From: Macrostomum lignano
Taxonomy: Eukaryota
Assembly (NCBI GenBank): GCA_002269645.1
Contig: NIVC01000871.1
Span: forward strand, 1-64,000
Direction: 5' to 3'
Length of the DNA stretch: 64,000 nucleotides
Shown here: positions 12,105-22,054 of the stretch, in pieces
Numbering within the stretch: position 1 is the stretch's first letter
How the letters are laid out: each line of letters opens with the position of its first letter
The notes under the pieces: model-generated
Told to the model about the DNA's origin: nothing
The model's database searches: none
The model's input: the letters and a program-made list of their open reading frames with translations, nothing else
Made by a program: the position numbers and the translations under genes

Positions 12105-12565
12105 TTGAGAAGTTTTGAGCTTGAGAATTTAGAGCTTGAGAAGGTTTTGAGCTTGATGAGTTTAGAGCTTGAGATGGTTTTGAGCTTGAGAAGGTTTTGA
12201 GCTTGAGAAGGTTTTGAGCTTGAGAAGGTTTTGAGCTTGAGAAGGTTTTGAGCTTGAGAAGGTTTTGAGCTTGAGAAGGTTTTGAGCTTGAGAAGGTTTT
12301 GAGCTTGAGAAGGTTTTGAGCTTGAGAAGGTTTTGAGCTTGAGAAGGTTTTGAGCTTGAGAAGGTTTTGAGCTTGAGAAGGTTTTGAGCTTGAGAAGGTT
12401 TTGAGCTTGAGAAGGTTTTGAGCTTGAGAAGGTTTTGAGCTTGAGAAGGTTTTGAGCTTGAGAAGGTTTTGAGCTTGAGAAGGTTTTGAGCTTGAGAAGG
12501 TTTTGAGCTTTAGAAGCTTCGAGCTTGAGAAGGTTTTGAGCTCGAGAAGGTTTTGAGCTCGAGAA
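12105..12565. repeat. 17-bp minisatellite (GAGCTTGAGAAGGTTTT) upstream of BRCA2
   Basis: Visible near-perfect tandem array. Confidence 0.95.
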
Positions 12566-13174
12566 ATTTAAAAACCCTTAAAATCGTTTAAATTTATTCA
12601 TATCCTACACACCAGTTTTATTATAAAAATTTCAAAATTTCATAAATAAATAAAAACGCTATGACAAAGCAGCGAACAAAAAAGAAGTTTTAAATCAGCG
12701 ACAGAAACACAGTGCTTTATTCGCTACTTTATGTCAATAGACAATTAATTGACTGATTTGGTGTATTGATTGATTGATTGATTTGCGCTAGACTTTGTCA
12801 GGCAAAATGAAGTGTAGCACTGCAGACACTGCAATAGTAACATCGGTAGTATTGGAATGGATGCAGTATTCTTTGTAAAACTGTGAATAATTTTATTTAA
12901 TTTACCTGACTTTGAAGTTCATTTTTAGGACGGCAATAAATCATAAACTAGCAGCCAAGTCTCAGACAGGAGGGTGCTAATTAAATATGAAATACGCACG
13001 CGACCGGCACATTTTAAAAGCGAATTGAAAAGAGCATGCCGCTCTGTACTATGCAGCAGTTACTACTGAAATACTGAGGCGCTCAGTAAGTAGCATATGT
13101 ACAGAGCAAAACGTTAATAAAAACTGCTATATTACAGCAGCAGCAGGAGCACTAACTTCTGATGCGATAAAGCC

Positions 13175-14010
13175 CAGGATCTGGGAGGCTGTTGGCCCAG
13201 CAACCGAGGATCTGGGAGGCTGGTGGCCCAGCAACTGGGGATCTGGGAGGCTGGCCCAGCAACTGGGGATCTGGGAGGCTGGTGGCCCAGCAACTGGGGA
13301 TCTGGGAGGCTGGCCCAGCAACTGGGGATCTGGGAGGCTGGTGGCCCAGCAACCGAGGATCTGGGAGGCTGGTGGCCCAGCAACTGGGGATCTGGGGGGC
13401 TGGTGGCCCAGCAACTGGTGATCTGGGAGGCTGGCCCAGCAACCGAGGATCTGGGAGGCTGGTGGCCCAGCAACTGGGGATCTGGGAGACTGGCCCAGCA
13501 ACTGAGGATCTGGGAGGCTGGTGGCCCAGCAACCGAGGATCTGGGAGGCTGGTGGCCCAGCAACTGGGGATCTGGGAGGCTGGCCCAGCAACTGGGGATC
13601 TGGGAGGCTGGTGGCCCAGCAACCGAGGATCTGGGAGGCTGGTGGCCCAGCAACTGGGGATCTGGGGGGCTGGTGGCCCAGCAACTGGTGATCTGGGAGG
13701 CTGGCCCAGCAACCGAGGATCTGGGAGGCTGGTGGCCCAGCAACTGGGGATCTGGGGGGCTGGCCCAGCAACTGAGGATCTGGGAGGCTGGGAGGCTGGT
13801 GGCCCAGCAACTGGGGATCTGGGAGGCTGGTGGCCCAGCAACTGAGGATCTGGGAGGCTGGCGGCTTAGCAACCGAGGATCTGGAAGGCTGATGGCCCAG
13901 CAACTGGGGATCTGGGAGGCTGGCGGCTTAGCAACCGAGGATCTGGGAGGCTGGTAGCCCAGCAACTGGGGATCTGGGAGGCTGGCGGCTTAGCAACCGA
14001 GGATCTGGAT
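13175..14010. repeat. 27-31-bp minisatellite (GGATCTGGGAGGCTGG[TGG]CCCAGCAACTG) just downstream of the CEP85-like stop
   Basis: Visible tandem array; source of the Pro/Gly/Trp-rich spurious ORFs at 13127-13965. Confidence 0.95.
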
Positions 14011-14082
14011 CCGAATTCGGAATGTCTATTTTAGAATGGAGCAAAGCTGGAGTGAATATTTACACACGCAGCCGTTGCCCAG

Positions 14083-17000
14083 TTACTGCACCAGGCAGCT
14101 CTGCAGCTGGCCGCTGAGCTGATCTGCATACCGGGCAGCCACAGCCCGTCTGGCCGCATCCAGCCTCCGCCGCAAAGCTCGAACTCGCTCCATCTCGGCT
14201 AAAACAGCGGCAGTTCCAGCCTGAGCGTCGACCTGCTGCTGTTGTTGCTGTTGTTGTCGATCTTCGATCTCGTCAGCAGATTCGCACTGCTTGCCACCTG
14301 CGACACCGTCCTCAGCAGAGCTGCCAGGCAGGAACAGCAGGCCCAGGTCCGGCTCCCGACCGTCCGCTAGCTGGCTGCACAGTTCAACAAAACTTGTCAA
14401 CTCGTCAACGGCTGAGCCTGTCTCGCGAGCCAGTCGTTGTCGGGCTCGTCGCCAGCCAGCGTCGGTGAGCTGGTCGAGCCGATTGGCTTTGGCTCTGGCC
14501 GAGACCAGCTCAGATAGGAGCGACTAGCGCGGAGTCAAGGGGATTGATTATTAACAAAAGAGTCGATCCTATAACCAGTGATACAGTTGGTCATATAAAC
14601 AGTCATATTCGTTTATATGAACAGTCATGAATTCAGTCATAAAAACAGTCATAGAGTCGATCATCTAAAGAGTCATAAAGTCGGTCATATACATGTACAC
14701 AGTCATAAATTCGGTCTTAAATACAGTCATAGAGTCGATCATCTAAAAGTCATGGAGTCAGTCATGCACACAGTTATAAAGTAGGTCATTTAAACAGTCA
14801 TAGAGCTGGTCATATAAACAGTATTAGATTCGATCACAAACAGTCATAAAGTTGGTCATATAAACAGTCATGGATTCGGTTATCTAAATAGTCATGGAGT
14901 CGGTCATCTAAACAGTCATAAAATCAGTTTTTTAAGAATACATAGAATCAGTCATAGGATCAGTCATAGAGTCAGTCATGGAATCAGTAATAGAGTTAGT
15001 CAAAGAATCAGTCGCAAATTCAGTCAAATAATAAGTTATAAATTCCGTCATATAATCAGTCATGGAATCAGTCATGGAATCAGTCATGGAATCAGTCACA
15101 GAGTTAGTCATAGAGTCAGTCATGGAATCGGTCATAGAATCAGTCATGGAATCAGTCATAGAGTCAGTCATGGAACCAGAGTCTGTCATAGTCTCATCCA
15201 GCTCTCCAACCTGTTTCTCCGCCATGCAGTCCAGCAATTGGCGTTGCAATTTTCCCAGATCCCGTTGCAATTCCGATGTCGCGCCTCGAGCAGAGCTGAG
15301 CGCAGCCTCCTTCTCGGCCAGCCTATTTGAGCAGTCAGTCCGACATCGCTCCAGCTCAGCTTTGACCGAGGCCAGCTGAGCCTGCCGGTCAGCCAGCACT
15401 CGCCGACAATCGTCGTATCTTCGACTGTGCCGAGCTGCTTCGGCCTTTAAATCGGCAATTAAGTCGCGAGGCTCAGCTGATTGGTCGTCGACAGCAGCGG
15501 GCGATTGTAAACGGTTGCTAAGGACGCTGACGTGCTGACGCAACTCGGCAACAGTGTCCGTGAGTCTCTCGTTGGCTACTTGTTGCTCCGAGAGCTGCTT
15601 GGCCTGAAAAGGCATTAAATAAGACCATAAATAAGATAAGTCCTAATAATTAATTAGGACTTAGTATTACTGACTAAGTCCTATTAGTCAGTAATGTGTT
15701 ATTAGTGTGATGAGTCATGGTGTCATTTACAAGCTAAGTGCCACACGAGTCATAGAAAGTCAGAAAGGTGTCACGAGTCAGTGAGGTGTCATATGATATG
15801 AGTCAGTGAGGTGTCATATGATATGAGTCAGTGAGGTGTCATATGATATGAGTCAGTGAGGAGTCATATGATATGAGTCAGTGAGGAGTCATATGATATG
15901 AGTCAGTGAGGAGTCATATGATATGAGTCAGTGAGGAGTCATGATATGAGTCAGTGAGGAGTCGTATGATATGAGTCAGTGAGGAGTCATACGATTTGAG
16001 TCAGTGAGGTGTCATATGCTATGAGTCAGTGAGGTGTCATATGCTATGAGTCAGTGAGGTGTCATATGATATGAGTCAGTGAGGTGTCATATGCTATGAG
16101 TCAGTGAGGTGTCATATGCTATGAGTCAGTGAGGTGTCATATGATATGAGTCAGTGAGGTGTCATATGCTATGAGTCAGTGAGGTGTCATATGATATGAG
16201 TCAGTGAGGTGTCATATGATATGAGTCAGTGAGGTGTCATATGATATGAGTCAGTGAGGTGTCATATGCTATGAGTCAGTAAGGTGTCATATGATATGAG
16301 TCAGTGAGGTGTCATATGCTATGAGTCAGTGAGGTGTCATATCCTATGAGTCAGTGAGGTGTCATATGATATGAGTCAGTGAGGTGTCATATGCTATGAG
16401 TCAGTGAGGTGTCATATGATATGAGTCAGTGAGGTGTCATATGATATGAGTCAGTGAGGTGTCATATGATATGAGTCAGTGAGGTGTCATATGCTATGAG
16501 TCAGTGAGGTGTCATATGCTATGAGTCAGTGAGGTGTCATATGATATGAGTCAGTGAGGTGTCATATGATATGAGTCAGTGAGGTGTCATATGCTATGAG
16601 TCAGTGAGGTGTCACATGACTCAGTGAAGAGTCAGAAAGTACAAACCTGCTCATCCAGGCGCTGATTCTGCGTGGCGCATCGCTGCTTATACTTCCTGGA
16701 CCTGGCGAGCAGCCTGGCGCGATCCGATTTCAACTTAGCCACCTCCTCCAAGGTGGGAAATTGGGCCAGAAAGTCTTCCAGATCCCGCTGCTGCCGTCTG
16801 CACTTGGCCAGCTCGCGTTCGGCAGTTTCTCGGCGATCAGTTTCGGCGGCAAATTGGGACTCCAGGTCCGACGCGGTGGCGGCTTCTTTTGCTAGTTTTT
16901 CGTTGGCTTTGGAGGCTGCGGCAGTTGCAGCCTCTTCGGCTTGAGCCGCGGCGTATTCGGCTGCTGCGAGTTTCTGCTCGAACTCGGCGCTTTGTCTGGC

Positions 17001-18230
17001 GTGATGAAGATGGCGGGAATACCGGATTTTGCAATTGGAATGATGGAGTGAGCGGGCAATCATGGATCGGAGTCATGGTGGTCGTTAGGGAGTCAGTTCA
17101 GAGTTACAGAAGACAATGAGAGTCATAAGTCAGTGAGCGGTCATGGCGGTCAGTGAATAGTGATAGCCGTCAGTAAGCAGTCATAGCAGTCATTCAAGAG
17201 TCATAGCAGTCATTAAACAGTCATAGCAATCATTCAAGAGTCATAGCGGTCATTCAACAGTCATAGCAGTCATTCAACAGTCATAGCAGTCATTCAAGAG
17301 TCAAATCAGTCATTCAAGAGTCATAGCAGTCATTCAAGTCATAGCAGTCAGTGAAAAGTCATAGCAGTCAGTGAGCGGTCATAATAGTCATTCAAGAGTC
17401 ATAGCAGTGATTCAAGAGTCATAGCAGTCAGTTAACAGCCATAGCAGTCATTTAAGAGTCATAGCAGTCATTCAAGAGTCATATCAGTCAGTGAACAGTC
17501 ATAGCAGTCAGTGAGCGGTCATAATAGTCATTAAGAGCCATAGTAGTCATTCAAGAGTCATAGCAGTCATTTAAGAGTCATAGCAATGATTCAAGAGGCA
17601 TAGCAGTCAGTGAACAGTCATAGTAGTCAGTGAGCGGTCATAATAGTCATTAAGAGTCATAGCAGTCATTCAAGAGTCATAGCAGTCAGTGAATAGTCAT
17701 GAGTCAGTTCAAAGTAATCTGTCAGTAAAGGGTCATAGCAGTCAGTGAACAGTCGTGACCGCAACCAACAGGTTATAAACGGTTTCGCAGCCAACATTAA
17801 ACTACCTGGCCAGCTCGGCAGTCAGACTGTCTATCCGACTTCGCAGGGCGGCATTCTCGTAGGCCAAATCTCTAGCGTGTTGCCTTAAAAATGTTCCAGC
17901 TGCCGAGTTAGCAGACGCCTCATCAACAGCAACATGATGATTATGATTATTCCCAGCTAAGCGCATTGCCAGCAGGCGCCTGTTTGCCTCCTCCAGATGC
18001 AAGATCTGAGCTTTCTGTCGGTCCATCAGCTGATTGGAAGGCCCACTGCAATCAACTTCTGGCTGATCAGCTGAGCTGTAGCCAAGCATCGGAGCGGCAG
18101 CCAGTCGCTTCTGCGACATCAGCTGTTCGTGCCGACGCTGTCGATTGAGAATATCAGCTAGCGGGTCGGCGCCGCAGCCGCCGCCGGCAATTTCTGTTGG
18201 CGAGTCCGTTGCTGCCGTAGCGGTAATCAT
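14083..18230 (-). CDS. CEP85: CEP85/CEP85L-like centrosomal coiled-coil protein; exons 17806..18230, 16647..16995, 15211..15603, 14083..14523 (about 535 aa)
   Basis: GT-AG junctions in consistent phase and long coiled-coil segments. DFLAQFPTLEEVAKL resembles the CEP85-family ...LADLPTLE... segment. The C-terminus CSQLADGREPDLGLLF...LRRRLDAARRAVAARYADQLSGQLQSCLVQ* parallels the CEP85/85L tail (..QG.EPNLSLLLG...LR..ISDRYAQDMG.NC.TQ), recalled from memory. The 5' end is uncertain. Confidence 0.72.
14570..15190. repeat. Degenerate 12/24-bp AGTCAT-rich minisatellite in CEP85-like intron 3
   Basis: Visible repeats (GTCATAGAGTCA/GTCATGGAATCA); gives the MTDS repeats in the ORF track. Confidence 0.85.
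15775..16625. repeat. 25-bp minisatellite (GAGTCAGTGAGGTGTCATATGATAT) in CEP85-like intron 2
   Basis: Visible tandem array. Confidence 0.95.
17090..17760. repeat. 20-bp minisatellite (GTCATAGCAGTCATTCAAGA) in CEP85-like intron 1
   Basis: Visible degenerate tandem array. Confidence 0.88.
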
Positions 18231-18251
18231 GAAATGATTGATAGGCTTAAG

Positions 18252-18562
18252 TCTGACATCCCTGAAACCTGACATCCTTGAAAACTAACGTCCCTGAAAC
18301 CTGACATCCCTGAAACCTGACATCCTTGAAAACTGACATCCTTGAAACCTGACATCCCTGAAACCTGACATTCTTGAAATTTGACATCCTTGAAAAAGAC
18401 ATCCCTGAAATCTGAAATCCATTTAAATCTGACATCCTTGAACCCTGACATCCTTGAAACCTGACATCCTTGAAACCTGACATCCTTGAAACCTGACATC
18501 CTTGAAACCTGACATCCTTGAAATCTGACATCCTTGAAACCTGACATCCGTTTAAAACTGAC
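18252..18562. repeat. 16-bp minisatellite (CTGACATCCTTGAAAC) immediately upstream of the CEP85-like ATG
   Basis: Visible tandem units. Confidence 0.9.
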
Positions 18563-19249
18563 ATTTAAACATGTAATCCAGTGGTCTAGCACAGTGCTGT
18601 AATGCGCCAAAATTTCTAAAACTCTAAAAATCTAAAATTTAACAGCTAAAAACAACAAATTAAAAAACCAACAAAAAAATCAACAGACTCAAAAGTGCTC
18701 ACTCATTAATAGGGTTTCAGTTGAATTATTATTAAAAGGAAAGCAGCAATGCACAAGTTAGCAATAAATTTATGTTCAAGCAGAAATTAAGACGAACTCA
18801 TTCAGGGTCCTTACACAGATTACACTGAGTCCTTAAATATGTAACTAAATTTAGATATAGCTTGTAAGAAGAAATCGTCAAGCGCACAGATAAAGCATGC
18901 ACAGTATTAAATTAGAAGTTGATTTTGTGTACAAACATAACGATGATTGGGAATGAGCAATCACTAGGTGTAAATCATAGATCGCTTCTATAACTCGAAC
19001 GTTCATTTTTGAATCAGTTGAAATGGCTACATGATTGCAATATTAGCATTAGTATAACAAAATAAACAATTAATTAACATGATAGCACATAAGCATTAAT
19101 GCATATATAGCATATAATCATTTAATATCTAAACCAGATACCCCGAGGCATTTAATAACTGTTTACATAAAGCAACACTTGTATTTACTATAATTATATA
19201 TGTTGTGTAGGGAACAAGGTGCTAAGTGTAGAGGTGTCAAGGTATTTAA

Positions 19250-19872
19250 CGGGGTTGTCAGATAGGAACCAGCGGGTGTTAGATAGGTAATAGGGGTGTC
19301 AGATAGTTAATAGGGGCGGCAGATAGGAACCAGCGGGTGTCAGAAAGGTAATAGAGGATGTCAGATAGGTAATTGGGGTGTCAGATGGGTTATAGGGTTG
19401 TCAGATAGGAACCAGCAGGTGTCAGATAGGTAATTGGGTTGTCAGATAGGAACCAGCAGGTGTCAGATAGGTAATTAGGTTGTCAGATAGGAACCAGCAG
19501 GTGTCAGATAGGTAATTGGGTTGTCAGATAGGAACCAGCAGGTGTCAGATAGGTAATTGGGTTGTCAGATAGGAACCAGCAGGTGTCAGATAGGTAATTG
19601 GGTTGTCAGATAGGAACCAGCAGGTGTCAGATAGGTAATTGGGTTGTCAGATAGGAACCATCGGGTGTCAGACAGGTAATAGGGGTGTCAGATGGGTTTT
19701 AGGGTTGTCAGATAGGAACGAGCGGGTGTCAGATAGGTAATTGGGGTGTCAGATAGGAACCATCGGGTGTCAGAGAGGTAATAGGGGTGTCAGATGGGTT
19801 ATAGGGTTGTCAGATAGGAACCAGCGGGTGTCAGATAGGTAATTGGGTTGTCAGATAGGAATCAGCGTGTGT
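19250..19872. repeat. 20/21-bp alternating minisatellite (GTCAGATAGGAACCAGCAGGT / GTCAGATAGGTAATTGGGTT) downstream of ARPC5
   Basis: Visible dimeric 41-bp higher-order unit. Confidence 0.9.
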
Positions 19873-20038
19873 CAGTGTAGGCATATTCACTGTCATATGC
19901 TAATTTGGTCCCTCATACTACAAGCAGATAATGAAATAACTCAATAGAAATACTAGTTGAACTATCAATAAAACCAGCGCACTACAAGGGGCACACAATG
20001 GTTAAATAGACAGTGGGGTAGCTCGCAGCCAGCCCCAG

Positions 20039-22054
20039 CTACACTCGCTTCCTGTCAGTGAGCGCCCGTACAACGCAGCCAATCTGACCCTTAGCCACCG
20101 CCTTCTCGTGCCAAGTCAACAGGTGCGCGTGATTGTCCTGGATGACCTCAAAGCCGCGATAGATGTACTTCATCAGGGGGTCCAGCAGGGGCTCCGGCAG
20201 AGCGGCGATGCAGCTTTCAATGCCATTGGCGCCGCGAACGTGCATCAGGACTCGGAGCACCTGTGAGGGATGATGTGAGATGTGAAAGCCTTAAGGAAGA
20301 ACTCAAAAAACCATTCAAGACGGGTGCGAATTCAAGAGGGGAGAATCACCTGAAGGGGCACTGACAATCACCTGAAGGGGCACTGAGAATCACCTGAAGG
20401 GGCACTGAGAATCACCTAAAGGAGCAGCTGAGAATCACCTGAAGGAGCACTAAGATCACCTGAAGGAGCAGCTGAGAATCACCTGAAGGGGCACTGAGAA
20501 TCACCTGAAGGGCACTGAGATCACCTGAAGGAGCAGCTGAGAATCACCTGAAGGGGCACTGAGAATCACCTGAAGGGGCACTGAGATCACCTGAAAGAGC
20601 AGCTGAGAATCACCTGAAGGGGCACTGAGAATCACCTGAAGGAGCAGCTGAGAATCACCTGAAGGGGCACTGAGAATCACCTGAAGGGGCACTGAGATCA
20701 CCTGAAGGAGCAGCTGAGAATCACCTGAAGGGGCACTGAGAATCACCTGAAGGGGCACTGAGAATCACCTGAAGGAGCACTGAGAATCACCTGAAGGGGC
20801 ACTGAGAATCACCTGAAGGGGCACTGAGAATCAACTGAAGGAGCAGCTGAGAATCACCTGAAGAGGCACTGAGATCACCAGAAGGGGCACTGAGAATCAC
20901 CTGAAGGAGCACTGAGAATCACCTGAAGGGGCACTGAGAATCACCTGAAGGGGCACTGAGAATCACCTGAAGGGGCACTGAGAATCACCTAAAGGGGCAG
21001 CTGAGAATCACTTGAAGGGGCACTAAGAATCACCTGAAGGAGCAGCTGAGAATCACCTGAAGGGGCAGCTGAGAATCACTTGAAGGGGCACTGAGAATCA
21101 CCTGAAGGGGCACTGAGAATCACTTGAAGGAGCAGCTGAGAATCACCTGAAGGGGCAGCTGAGAATCACCTGAAGGGGCACTGAGAATCACCTAAAGGGG
21201 CACTGAGAATCACCTGAAGGGGCACTGAGAATCACCTGAAGGGGCAGCTGAGAATCAACTGAAGGAGCAGCTGAGAATCACCTGAAGAGGCACTGAGATC
21301 ACCTGAAGGGGCACTGAGAATCACCTGAAGGAGCACTGAGAATCACCTGAAGGGGCACTGAGAATCACCTGAAGGGGCACTGAGAATCACCTAAAGGGGC
21401 ACTGAGAATCACCTGAAGGGGCACTGAGAATTACCTGAAGGGGCACTGAGAATCACCTGAAGGGGCACTGAGAATCACCTAAAGGGGCACTGAGAATCAC
21501 CTGAAGGGGCACTGAGAATCACCTGAAGGGGCACTGAGAATCACCTGAAGGAGCAGCTGAGAATCACCTGAAGGGGCACTGAGAATCACCTGAAGGGGCA
21601 CTGAGAATTACCTGAAGGAGCAGCTGAGAATCACCTGAAGAGGCACTGAGATCACCTGAAGGGGCACTGAGAATCACCTGAAGGAGCACTGAGAATCACC
21701 TGAAGGGGCACTGAGAATCACCTAAAGGGGCACGGAGAATCACCTGAAGGGGCACTGAGAATCACCTGAAGGGGCACTGAGAATCAGCAACAATCCAACA
21801 ACACCAACCTGTCCCAATGCCTGATCTTTCACAGCCTGACTTCGCGCATTCACAGGCGCCTTAGCCAGCAGTGCAGCCAGAGCCGCCGTGGCCTCATTGG
21901 AAGCCAGCAAGTCGGCCAGTTCAGCATCCGACATCGCTAGCGACACGGCGTCATCCAGTTCAGCGGCGTCGGCTGCTGCAAAGCCACCATCGTCGCCAGT
22001 GTACTGGTCAACATCGACGCGACGGAAATTAGCATCTCGAGAGCGATTTGTCAT
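20039..22054 (-). CDS. ARPC5: Actin-related protein 2/3 complex subunit 5 (p16-Arc); exons 21809..22054 and 20039..20260 (155 aa)
   Basis: MTNRSRDANFRRVDVDQY...APVNARSQAVKDQALGQ/VLRVLMH...LMKYIYRGFE...LLTWHEKAVAKGQIGCVVRALTDRKRV* matches the ARPC5 family end to end; phase-0 GT-AG intron. Confidence 0.96.
20341..21786. repeat. 22-bp minisatellite (GAGAATCACCTGAAGGGGCACT), about 65 copies, filling the ARPC5 intron
   Basis: Visible tandem array; the unit on the gene's sense strand is AGTGCCCCTTCAGGTGATTCTC. Confidence 0.96.

Noticed and set aside
13127-13965. Five overlapping 217-277-aa Pro/Gly/Trp-rich ORFs on both strands
   Set aside because: Pure satellite translation; not collagen- or mucin-like genes.
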